Below, piece after piece: positions 9,782-18,569 of a DNA stretch of 64,000 bases. The notes under the pieces were generated by a model. The model was not told the origin of the DNA, did not search any database, and saw only the letters and a program-made list of their open reading frames with translations. Where the stretch lies: sequence record MW749006.1; one strand, written 5' to 3'. The position numbers were made by a program, and so were the translations under genes. Position 1 is the first letter of the stretch, and every line of letters starts with the position of its first letter.

Positions 9782-10000
9782 GTCAACTACCCCTACCTTA
9801 AGGTAAGGGCTTGTGAAGAGTAGCCAACTACTCCAACAACTAAGCTGTTGTACTAGCCGGATTGTAACTTAGCTACAGCGACGTGGTAGTCGCAAGAATA
9901 CGTCTCGAATGCTTCTCTAGTTCGGACCTCTATGGTAGAAAGTGGCGAAGAGACCTTGACTTGTCAACAAGATCCCGTAAGGGAATAACTTAAGGAGGTG
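9782..10000 (+). ncRNA. omega-RNA scaffold (HEARO/OMEGA-like) of IsrB
   Basis: About 220-nt structured non-coding region directly 5' of isrB: GTCAACTACCCC...GGGCTTG start, internal hairpins, GAATGCTTCTCTAGTTCGGACCTCT...GGCGAAGAGA segment resembling omega-RNA core motifs, ending in an AAGGAGG RBS. Confidence 0.8.
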
Positions 10001-10005
10001 TTCAC

Positions 10006-11133
10006 ATGCTGAACTCCCAAGAACCAGCAAAACAAAGATGGGTTCCTGTGGTGTCTTCCACAGGTAAACCCTTGATGCCTTGCTCTCCCAAGAGAGCTAG
10101 GAAACTAATGTCCAAAGGTAAAGCTATACCTAGACACCTTAAAGGACTTTTCTACATTAAGTTAACGGATAGAAGTGATGGTGAGGTTCAATCCGTTGTT
10201 GTGGGTATAGACCCGGGAAGTAGATACGAGGGATACACGGTTAAGTCAGCTACTCGCACTTTCTTAAACGTCAACTCACTAGCTGCTGATGGTAAACGTG
10301 TAAAGAGGATTATGGAAGCTAGAAGTAACTCTAGGAGAGCTAGACGACAGCGTAAGAATCCGTACCGAGCTAATCGAATGAATCGCTCCAGAAGTAAAGG
10401 GTGGGTTCCACCCTCTACTAAAGCTAGGTGGCAACTTAAACTTAACATTCTGAAGTGGTTTGCTAGATTATATCCAGTTACCAATGTGGTTGTGGAGGAT
10501 GTTATCTTCGCTACCGAGAAAGGTGGTAGTGTACGTAACTTAGGATTCTCAGCTATCCAATCTGGTAAGAATTGGTTATATTCTCACATAGTAGCTCTTG
10601 GTTACAACCTAACCACTTTCAAAGGAAGTCAAACAGCAGCTTTCAGAAGACGATTGGGATTGTTCAAGACCACGAACAAAGCTTCTAAGTTGTTTGATTC
10701 GCACTGCGTAGATTCATGGGTACTCGCTAACGAGGTTTTAGGTAACCAACTAAAACCTGACCTAACGCACGTACTAGAACTCAAACCGCTTACTTACATT
10801 AGGAGGCAACTACACCGTACTTGCTTCAAGAAAGGAGGTATTAGAAGTAGGCGTGGTGGTACTATGTCTCTAGGTATTCAGAGAGGTACTCTGGTAAAAC
10901 ACGTTAAACATGGTAAATGTATAGTAGGGGGTAACAATGGCGTAGACAGAGTTAGTTTACATTGCAACATCTCTGTTAGAAATTTAACTCGGAATACTAA
11001 ACTAGTAGACTTGCAACTCATAGCTCACTCACCTTGGTTACTGGTAGATAGACTACGTACTTGTAAGAAAGAGAAGAACGCTAGACGTTACAACAGATAT
11101 TTACTTAGGAACTCGTTACTAGGTAATATGTAA
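10006..11133 (+). CDS. isrB: IsrB RNA-guided nickase (IscB family lacking HNH; RRXRR/PLMP-RuvC)
   Basis: N-terminal PLMP (GKPLMPC), RuvC-I GIDPG, Arg-rich bridge helix RRARRQRK, RuvC-II VVVEDV, RuvC-III SHCVDS; no HNH insertion; 375 aa. Confidence 0.85.
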   Translation: MLNSQEPAKQRWVPVVSSTGKPLMPCSPKRARKLMSKGKAIPRHLKGLFYIKLTDRSDGEVQSVVVGIDPGSRYEGYTVKSATRTFLNVNSLAADGKRVKRIMEARSNSRRARRQRKNPYRANRMNRSRSKGWVPPSTKARWQLKLNILKWFARLYPVTNVVVEDVIFATEKGGSVRNLGFSAIQSGKNWLYSHIVALGYNLTTFKGSQTAAFRRRLGLFKTTNKASKLFDSHCVDSWVLANEVLGNQLKPDLTHVLELKPLTYIRRQLHRTCFKKGGIRSRRGGTMSLGIQRGTLVKHVKHGKCIVGGNNGVDRVSLHCNISVRNLTRNTKLVDLQLIAHSPWLLVDRLRTCKKEKNARRYNRYLLRNSLLGNM

Positions 11134-11140
11134 GTTAACC

Positions 11141-11170
11141 GAGTAGATAGAGTATTATCTATCTACTCCC
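11141..11170 (+). terminator. Hairpin after isrB
   Basis: Perfect 10-bp stem GAGTAGATAG/CTATCTACTC. Confidence 0.5.
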
Positions 11171-11217
11171 TTTCCTCCCCTCCCTAAAGGAAGGGGTCAC
11201 CATGGAGTAAACCATAT

Positions 11218-11766
11218 ATGTTTAACCAGATTCTAGAAAAAGCATTACCAGAAATCAATTCACATTTACCTTTAGATAGTTTTACAGAGATAACATCAGT
11301 GCGACCTGGGAAGAACAACGACACTCATTCTATAGTTTTAGAGGGAGTGGATGTGGATGGTTGTCGAGTGATTGAATCTTACTGGATTGGTTGTCGTGAT
11401 TCAGATTGTGGTTTAGAGAATGTCCATGAACTAAAAGAATTACCAGACGGTTTGTTGGAGGTAATGAACAAGTGTGGTAATGAACTTACGTTACTACAAA
11501 CAGAAGCTATTGTTTACCATCTGAATAAACTACAAGGTTTAACTGAAAAAATCAGTAACGACTATGTAGGTGGTATCTACTCTTATAACGACGAAAACGT
11601 TGGAGATAGAACTTGGCGTAAGTTCTTAGTAACAGAAGTCACTAATCCGGTATTTCCGATGAGACTACGTGGGGTCTCTATGGACGACGACGGTGAGTGT
11701 CGTGAATTAGAAATCTCCCAACTGAACTTGTTAGAGCGTGTTGGTGATTATCCTCCACTACTCTAA
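11218..11766 (+). CDS. Hypothetical protein
   Basis: 182 aa; its GGAG RBS lies within the element right end. Confidence 0.7.
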   Translation: MFNQILEKALPEINSHLPLDSFTEITSVRPGKNNDTHSIVLEGVDVDGCRVIESYWIGCRDSDCGLENVHELKELPDGLLEVMNKCGNELTLLQTEAIVYHLNKLQGLTEKISNDYVGGIYSYNDENVGDRTWRKFLVTEVTNPVFPMRLRGVSMDDDGECRELEISQLNLLERVGDYPPLL

Positions 11767-11907
11767 CATCGGAGTGAAATAAAACTCCATATATAGTACG
11801 TAGACTGCAATCGGTCTAACCTTCAAACCAAAGCAACACTAGTAATAAAAAACTAACCGACAATATAGTCTGGTTAGTAAACCTATCTTAAACCAGGAGT
11901 AACACAA

Positions 11908-12393
11908 ATGTCTATTAAATTCAAATCAGAAAACCTACAAAAGCACAAAGACTTAAGCGACGCTATCAAAGCTAACTTAGCTCTTGATGGAACTTCTATC
12001 AAAGAGAAAGAAGGTCACGGTGCTTACTACGGTTCTCTTCCAGAAGAACTGGATAAGAAAACTGTAGAAGCTGTAGCTAACTACAACTCACGCTTTATCA
12101 CAGCAAGTCACATTGCAATCGGTGAGATGGCTGCTGAGTGCTTTAACAAGAACAAAGACGCAACAGAAGTTGAAGCAGAGTTAGGTTACTTCGGTAAGTC
12201 TGACAAGATCAATGTTTCTGTAGCACGCGAAAAGGTATATCAGAACCACATGGCAACTGGTGATCAACCAAAAGAGATCACTAAGCATTTGGTAATGAAG
12301 ACTTCAGTAGCTTCTACCAGCGCTAAAGGTTATGGTCTTAAATCTATCCGCGACTCTATGTCAGAAGAGTTCCGTGATAACTTTAACAAGTAA
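11908..12393 (+). CDS. Hypothetical protein, probably highly expressed early
   Basis: AGGAG RBS, upstream early motif at 11787, codon usage rich in TAC/AAC/TTC. Confidence 0.75.
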   Translation: MSIKFKSENLQKHKDLSDAIKANLALDGTSIKEKEGHGAYYGSLPEELDKKTVEAVANYNSRFITASHIAIGEMAAECFNKNKDATEVEAELGYFGKSDKINVSVAREKVYQNHMATGDQPKEITKHLVMKTSVASTSAKGYGLKSIRDSMSEEFRDNFNK

Positions 12394-12458
12394 TCATTAG
12401 ACTAGTACAACCCGCCCTTAGAAAAGTCTAGGGGCGTGGACTATCAGAGGAAACACCC

Positions 12459-13154
12459 ATGTCATATAGACAGTATCTTCCTTCACTTAACGTGGAGGGC
12501 AAACACCTTTACGTTTATAGTCATCGTCAGGAAATCTGGACTGTCACTATAGACGAAGAAAGAAATACACTTTCAGTTATTACAGCGGATCGAGATTTGG
12601 TTTTTAAAGACATACAAGTCATTGAACCATTTAACGATATTGATGTTAAAGAACTATCAAACGCAATCTTCTTTAAACCACGTATGGATTCTTTTAATAA
12701 CCAAATATTCACTGGAGTTATTTTCAGAGGTTCTAATACGTTTAAGTTTGCTATTAAAAATGGTAAGTTATACTTACTAGAAGAGATACAATACCAACCA
12801 GGAATAAACGGGGTTGAGTATAACGTAGCTTTAGGTTTATCTGTTTCTTTCTTTCAGAAATTGGAGGATGAAGGCACTGAAGTAGTACACGCTATATCTA
12901 AAGACGACAAGATATACATGGTTGCTAGAGGTATAGTAGATGACACTGAAGATTATGATTATTTTTATGCTATAGTTGATAAAGAAACAGGGATGTATGA
13001 TAAGATGCATTTACTATATTCAGATGTAGAAGATATAGTATTAACTGCTTTAAATATCGACACAGAATATCGCAGTGTATATTTGGTGGGATACATTAAA
13101 CCCCTTGAATCTGAATCACCAATAAAACCTCTATTCGAGAGACTAACTTTTTAA
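12459..13154 (+). CDS. Hypothetical protein
   Basis: 231 aa ORF with AGAGG RBS. Confidence 0.7.
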   Translation: MSYRQYLPSLNVEGKHLYVYSHRQEIWTVTIDEERNTLSVITADRDLVFKDIQVIEPFNDIDVKELSNAIFFKPRMDSFNNQIFTGVIFRGSNTFKFAIKNGKLYLLEEIQYQPGINGVEYNVALGLSVSFFQKLEDEGTEVVHAISKDDKIYMVARGIVDDTEDYDYFYAIVDKETGMYDKMHLLYSDVEDIVLTALNIDTEYRSVYLVGYIKPLESESPIKPLFERLTF

Positions 13155-13163
13155 GGAACTATT

Positions 13164-13751
13164 ATGCTATTAAATGTGTTTGTAAATGACGGAGGAGATC
13201 ACATTCGAGTCTCCCCTTACGGTAAAACAACTGTAGGACGGATTGCGTCTATGGATTGGAGAAAGAAATTCTTCGTTCCACACTTAGGTGAATTCTCGTC
13301 ATCACGTTGCTTTGCCAATTGGTTAGTGTGTGGTAATGAAGATGCTCGCCACAACACACGTTTCAAAGTAGATAAAACTGTTAAAGGTTATCGTGCTTTG
13401 ATGTTGTATGCGAAGTATCATCAACTTTGTTCTTTAAAGAAGACTTTAGCTTCTGAGAAGACTAACCTAGTATTCGTCGCGTATAAAGAACACAAAAGCG
13501 GTATCAAAGAAGGTACTGGTTATCGTGAAAACCCTGTAGAAGTTAATGACTTTATTAACTATATTCTAGAGAACGAAGATACTACTAAATACGATTGGGA
13601 TAAACACTACCCCGGTTTGTTAGGTATGATTGATTCCTTAGTTAAAGAAATTCTAAAGGACAACGCGCCTCAAGTAGAAACTAAACAGGAAGAAGTAGTA
13701 GCTCCTGTTGTTGAAGAAACCAAAGAACCTGAAGTGGAGACAGTTGAATGA
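13164..13751 (+). CDS. Conserved jumbo-phage protein, possibly divergent NADAR-like fold
   Basis: DGGDHIRVSPYGKTTVGRIAS...F..PHLGEFSS..CF..WL pattern; weak recognition only. Confidence 0.35.
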   Translation: MLLNVFVNDGGDHIRVSPYGKTTVGRIASMDWRKKFFVPHLGEFSSSRCFANWLVCGNEDARHNTRFKVDKTVKGYRALMLYAKYHQLCSLKKTLASEKTNLVFVAYKEHKSGIKEGTGYRENPVEVNDFINYILENEDTTKYDWDKHYPGLLGMIDSLVKEILKDNAPQVETKQEEVVAPVVEETKEPEVETVE

Positions 13752-14479
13752 ACCGCATTTATGTAACAGACATTGAGTCGATTGATCAAGATGGTCGCAT
13801 TAACCGTGCCGAAGTTGAAGTGTTAGATGGTGATAAACCAGAGAACATGGATATCATCCGTAACTTAGTTACAGTAGTACAAATGAAAGATGAGCAGTTG
13901 AGTGTTGAGTTCTTCCAAGAAGAAACTGGTATTTCTTTACTTAAAGAGATCACAGTTAATCCTCTAGAAGAAGGTATTGACCAAGTTGATCTATTGAAGT
14001 TAGGTCAAGCTCCTTTACGTGCTATCATTAAAGATATCACTGATGTAAACACCATCATCATTTCTTCAATGTTTGAAGACCTAACCCTGAAAGAAGAAAA
14101 AGAATACTTCTTACAGTCTATTGTTTTCTCACCTAACGAAGAAACATACAAAGCTGTAGTTGAAGCTTTGAAAGATGAAGGTCAAGAAAGCGGTGCTATT
14201 ACGTTTGATATTGGTCAGATCGTTGAGTCTTTAAACGTGAACCAAGTTGTCGAAGGTGTTAAGAAACACATGCGTGAAAATAACAACCCAACACATCGTA
14301 GTGACTTGCAACTAGAACACACTCTAGTAACTGCAATCTATAACGTAGTTGGTTCTGTTAAGTTTGCTGATATGGTTCGTATCCATAAAGAAAAACAAAC
14401 CTTGTTAGCTGACTTCCCTGACGTTGAGAAGTTGGAAGATGGTAGTGTTGTAGGTAATTCTGTTGAATCAGTAGAGTAA
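13748..14479 (+). CDS. Acidic hypothetical protein
   Basis: 243 aa, ATGA overlap with the previous gene, GGAG RBS. Confidence 0.7.
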   Translation: MNRIYVTDIESIDQDGRINRAEVEVLDGDKPENMDIIRNLVTVVQMKDEQLSVEFFQEETGISLLKEITVNPLEEGIDQVDLLKLGQAPLRAIIKDITDVNTIIISSMFEDLTLKEEKEYFLQSIVFSPNEETYKAVVEALKDEGQESGAITFDIGQIVESLNVNQVVEGVKKHMRENNNPTHRSDLQLEHTLVTAIYNVVGSVKFADMVRIHKEKQTLLADFPDVEKLEDGSVVGNSVESVE

Positions 14480-14493
14480 CAACTCGCTACTAA

Positions 14494-14528
14494 AGAGAAA
14501 GTCTTCCTTAGGGGAGGCTTTCTTTTTT
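14494..14528 (+). terminator. Intrinsic terminator
   Basis: AGAAAGTCTTCC-TTAG-GGGAGGCTTTCT followed by a T-run. Confidence 0.75.
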
Positions 14529-14579
14529 CCCTTTAAACGTCAGAATTCTTTGATTACCTAACCACTAGGAGTATAGGCA

Positions 14580-16790
14580 ATGTTTACAATAACGAGTAAG
14601 ACGGATACTAGTAGACACATACTACCCGTAGACTCAACCTTTGACTCAGCTTGGTTAAAGAGTACCTTTATAATTAGAGATTCTGATTTAGTTGCAGGGG
14701 ATGAGTACGCTAAGTTTGTAAAGACAAACAGATATTACACTACAGCAGATAGTAAGTTTACATCTACAGCTCCAGGTATGAGTATGGCTGTTAACCCAAT
14801 ACCTCAGTTTACTAGATATGCTGATATACGTAGTCCTGGTAGATTAAGTTCTAGACCTGGAGACTCTTTAGGTAGAGGTGCTTCGGGTAACGATTTAGAT
14901 GTACGCACTACAGGAGCTCCAGGTGGTTTTGGTTTAGGGATGGGACATTACTATTCAGAAGCTATTGATGATAACCAACAACGAATCTATTTACGTTTTG
15001 GTGTTCCTTCATACACTAACCTTTTGTTTTGGATTACAAGATCATTCGATATTGATAAAGCCATTCTACAGAATCGTGGTGTAATCACTACAGTGTTCTT
15101 AGAAGCAGTCGGTGTAGTTGCTACTGTGTTTGCTATTGCAGCAGCTCCTTTGTTTGCTGGAGTTGCTTTACTAGTTGGTGGTTTCATTGATAACAGTAGG
15201 TTCTATGGTTTTAAGGAGACTATGTATATTTACTGGTCTACTGTTGAGACTATCATGAACGCTATGATTGCTCGTCGTACTTTAGCACCAGCTGTGTTTA
15301 CTGACTTCAGTTTTGCTATTGATTCAAAGATGCAACGTGGACAGAGTATAGATAAGACTTTCTTAACTAATATTAATGAAGTAATGCCAGGTTTGGTTGA
15401 TCCAGAAACTGGTAGAATTAGTGTATTTACTATTGCACTAAAAGCACAAGCTGCTTATAACAAGATGTTGTTAGCTGATTTAGAGTTAAGTAAGACTGAA
15501 GACCCTAGTAAAGATTTTACAGGTTATGCGGATAAAGGAAATCCTACCCACGATGGATATTTCCACCACTCTAACGGTAAAGCTACTTGGTTTACACAAC
15601 GTATCTTTGCAAACGCTGCTAGGTTGTTAGGTGTTACTCCTGAAGAAGAAAATAGTATGTCTTCACCTACAACGGAAACAGATGTCACAGGGAACTTAGT
15701 TGAGATGGATCCATTCACCTTAGACGTAAATGGTAATCCGTTATCTTTAGTTATTGATGAAAACGACCCTACTCAATCTGTAGACTCTATAATACAAGAT
15801 AATGCAAAAGCTAAAGCTCCAACAATGACTAGGTATAAAGAGTATACTTTAGCTTCTTTGTCAGACGGTGGTATGTTTGCTGTGTTTAATGTTAATAGCA
15901 CAGGTTCAGTTGGAGAGTCTTTTAGTAACTCAACTACAGGTAACCCTATTGAGTCTACCTTTAACTCATTATCTTCTAAGTCAAGAAACATTACTAACAT
16001 AATGAAATCAGCTACCGACTTCCCTATAGTTGGAGAAATGATTGGTCTTGCTGCTGACACTGTAAGTATGATTGCGAGTAAAGCTAGTTTTGGACTAGCT
16101 AACCCTATCTTAGCTCTCGCCTACGGGGTTAACGTTAGTATGCCTAAGGTTTGGGACTCTTCTTCTGCATCGCTCCCTAGAGCGTCTTACAGCTTCAAGT
16201 TGATATCCCCTTACGGTAATGCTTACTCTCAGTTATTTAACATCTATCTTCCGTTAGCTATGTTGTTAGCTGGTAGTCTTCCACGTAGTACAGGTAACTC
16301 AAGTTACACTGCTCCTTTCTTATGTCAGTTATTTGATAGAGGTAGGGTAAACATTCATCTAGGTGTTATTGATTCATTATCAATTACTCGCGGTACTTCT
16401 AACTTACCGTTCAGTAGAGCAGGTCATCCTAACGCTATTGACGTAGATATTAGTGTAGCTAACTTAGATGAAATTATTGCAGTTGATGTTACTCAGAATG
16501 GAGTTATTAGTAAAGCAGTAAAAGCTTTATCTCCTAACTTCGCCGATACTCCTATGACTACTTACCTCAACACTGTTACTGGTGTAGATGTGTTTACACA
16601 AATCTATCGTGTGCCTATGATGAGACTTAAGTTAGCAGAGAGAGCTATGGCTATTAAAGCTGTGACTAATCCAGATCCAGCAGCACTAGCTGCCTTCACT
16701 GTAGAGAATATGCCGGGATTCAAACTGTTCCAAGGTATAATTGGTAACAACTCACAAGCATTAGGTCAACTCAAAGATCAAGGTTCATAA
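14580..16790 (+). CDS. phiKZ-like tail/baseplate structural protein
   Basis: 736 aa; C-terminal MPKVWDSSSASLP...YSFKLISPYGN...IYLPLAMLLAGSLPRSTG...SYTAPFL...GVIDSLSITRG pattern typical of jumbo-phage baseplate hub-like proteins; near vRNAP beta' and tape measure. Confidence 0.55.
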   Translation: MFTITSKTDTSRHILPVDSTFDSAWLKSTFIIRDSDLVAGDEYAKFVKTNRYYTTADSKFTSTAPGMSMAVNPIPQFTRYADIRSPGRLSSRPGDSLGRGASGNDLDVRTTGAPGGFGLGMGHYYSEAIDDNQQRIYLRFGVPSYTNLLFWITRSFDIDKAILQNRGVITTVFLEAVGVVATVFAIAAAPLFAGVALLVGGFIDNSRFYGFKETMYIYWSTVETIMNAMIARRTLAPAVFTDFSFAIDSKMQRGQSIDKTFLTNINEVMPGLVDPETGRISVFTIALKAQAAYNKMLLADLELSKTEDPSKDFTGYADKGNPTHDGYFHHSNGKATWFTQRIFANAARLLGVTPEEENSMSSPTTETDVTGNLVEMDPFTLDVNGNPLSLVIDENDPTQSVDSIIQDNAKAKAPTMTRYKEYTLASLSDGGMFAVFNVNSTGSVGESFSNSTTGNPIESTFNSLSSKSRNITNIMKSATDFPIVGEMIGLAADTVSMIASKASFGLANPILALAYGVNVSMPKVWDSSSASLPRASYSFKLISPYGNAYSQLFNIYLPLAMLLAGSLPRSTGNSSYTAPFLCQLFDRGRVNIHLGVIDSLSITRGTSNLPFSRAGHPNAIDVDISVANLDEIIAVDVTQNGVISKAVKALSPNFADTPMTTYLNTVTGVDVFTQIYRVPMMRLKLAERAMAIKAVTNPDPAALAAFTVENMPGFKLFQGIIGNNSQALGQLKDQGS

Positions 16791-16796
16791 ACAACT

Positions 16797-16828
16797 ACCA
16801 CCACCACCGGGAGACCAGTGGTGGTGGT
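16797..16828. terminator. Bidirectional hairpin between convergent genes
   Basis: ACCACCACCACCGGG-AGAC-CAGTGGTGGTGGT; near-identical copy at 47574. Confidence 0.65.
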
Positions 16829-16836
16829 TATTGTTT

Positions 16837-18465
16837 CTAAGATGTCATGTAAGTTAACACAGACTCGATTACATCAACGTTCATATTAAACTGCATGTCG
16901 TTACTATCAGAAATATAGTAACTGCGTTTATTAAACAATCCGTTAATCTCATCCTTAACATCATCAGCTAACATAGGTGTAACTGAGATTGTGTCTCCAT
17001 CAAAGTCAGCTCCTAATCTTCCTAAGTGAGAAGGATGTACACTAGTAGTGTTAAAGAAGTCTAATCCTCGTATAGGGAAGTTAGTAGCTATATTACCAGT
17101 TGGTTGCCAGTTACTATCTAGTTCTTCTAACACCTCTACCTTAAAGGTAGTAGTGAACTTAATGAAAGCAGGATAGATACCACCATAACCTTGTACTGGA
17201 TAACGTGTAATCAAACCAGGTATCTTACCGTTTAATTGGAACATAGACATATAAACAATCTCAGCTAAACTAACAGGTGAGACTTTAGCTTTATCATAAC
17301 CTTCAGGTAAGTCATCTATGTCTTGTAAGAACTTAAAGTATCTATTATCTCGATACAATAAACCTAGGTAATGTTTACCTTTATTAAACGTAACTGGATT
17401 GTGGCGCATATCTAAGTTACCTAGACCTGCAATTACTTTCTCAAGACCATCACTGGAAGTCCATAGATCATGTTCTTTCTGGATGTGTGTGTTTAGAACT
17501 TCTTCTCGTTTAAGTGTCTTAACGTTGGTTAGGTAAGCCATGTTATTGTTTTCAATAAAGACATCACGAATATACTTATTGCGTAACTCGTAAATAGACT
17601 TAGGAACAATACCTCTAGCAAACTGATGTATGCCGATTAAACATTCGTTATAGCTTAATCTGTTTTCATCTGTTAGACGTTTAGTGTTGTCAACTGAACC
17701 CGATAACACGTTACGTGTAGAGTTAAATACTTTTCTAGATAACCACTTACCTAATACTAACTTATTCTTACCTTCCAGTAATGATTTAAGGTAATTGAAT
17801 AAATCCACTAAGTTATTCTGCATAGTAACGTATAAGTTATCATATACGTCAGGTGTCTTTCTTGCAACGCTACTATCCACGATGTTAGATAGAGACAATA
17901 GTCTTCTATAGAAAGTGTTTACTTCGTCCTCCTGTGGCTTACCAGAGGGATCTACGATGTAGTCTCTAAGACCAGCAGGCATAACCATAACGTATCGTAG
18001 TAAATGTTTCTTAGCTTTAATAGAATCTGTTACTATCTTGATAGCGTTAGTTCTTTTATCTGAACTACTAGTTTCAAATTTCAATTCTTCAAGGTGTTTT
18101 AAGAAGAAAGAATAACCTGTATTAGCTTTAGGGTCGTTACTCTTAACAAAGTCTTTAGTTTTAGAATCAAAGATAGCTAATGTAGTACCGTCCATTATTT
18201 GTTTATACAAACTCTTCAACTCACAAATACTAATGTAAATTAAAGGATGTAATACAACTGCGTTCAAATCAATATAACCAAACACTCGGTTACGGTATTC
18301 TGAACCAACAGCTCCAAAGATAGTGGTTGAGAATAATCCTTCAGGATGGAAGTTATTATTGTTATCAAATATCTGGGGGTCATTTATCTTACCCAGTTTA
18401 ATAAGGTCACGTTCTTGTATATGTAGTAACTCAAGGTTAACTGGTAACTTGTTCTGTGTAGACAT
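16837..18465 (-). CDS. Virion RNA polymerase beta' subunit, N-terminal part (phiKZ gp180-like)
   Basis: EGLFSTTIFG, FGYIDL, MPAGLRD, GKWLSRKVF and catalytic LGADFDGDT motifs. Confidence 0.9.
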   Translation of the reverse strand: MSTQNKLPVNLELLHIQERDLIKLGKINDPQIFDNNNNFHPEGLFSTTIFGAVGSEYRNRVFGYIDLNAVVLHPLIYISICELKSLYKQIMDGTTLAIFDSKTKDFVKSNDPKANTGYSFFLKHLEELKFETSSSDKRTNAIKIVTDSIKAKKHLLRYVMVMPAGLRDYIVDPSGKPQEDEVNTFYRRLLSLSNIVDSSVARKTPDVYDNLYVTMQNNLVDLFNYLKSLLEGKNKLVLGKWLSRKVFNSTRNVLSGSVDNTKRLTDENRLSYNECLIGIHQFARGIVPKSIYELRNKYIRDVFIENNNMAYLTNVKTLKREEVLNTHIQKEHDLWTSSDGLEKVIAGLGNLDMRHNPVTFNKGKHYLGLLYRDNRYFKFLQDIDDLPEGYDKAKVSPVSLAEIVYMSMFQLNGKIPGLITRYPVQGYGGIYPAFIKFTTTFKVEVLEELDSNWQPTGNIATNFPIRGLDFFNTTSVHPSHLGRLGADFDGDTISVTPMLADDVKDEINGLFNKRSYYISDSNDMQFNMNVDVIESVLTYMTS

Positions 18466-18569
18466 TAAGATGTCCTCTATATACTGAATGAATACTCACC
18501 TGATGTCGAGAGTTATTTTTATTTGATTTGGTATGGTTTGACAGCAAAACAACTAGGGGAGATACACCC

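Larger units (their letters stand above)
9782..11217 (+). mobile_element. Non-autonomous IS200/IS605-superfamily (ISC-type) element carrying omega-RNA and isrB
   Basis: Left end GTCAACTACCCCTACCTTAAGGTAAGGGCTTG; right end TTCCTCCCCTCCCTAAAGGAAGGGGTCACCATGGAGTAAACC. Both have the subterminal hairpin typical of IscB-family elements. No Y1 transposase present. Confidence 0.8.

Noticed and set aside
10006-11133. Calling this protein TnpB, Cas12, Cas9 or full IscB
   Set aside because: The N-terminal PLMP and early RuvC-I place it in the IscB family, but there is no HNH between RuvC-II and RuvC-III, so IsrB fits best. No CRISPR array is nearby.
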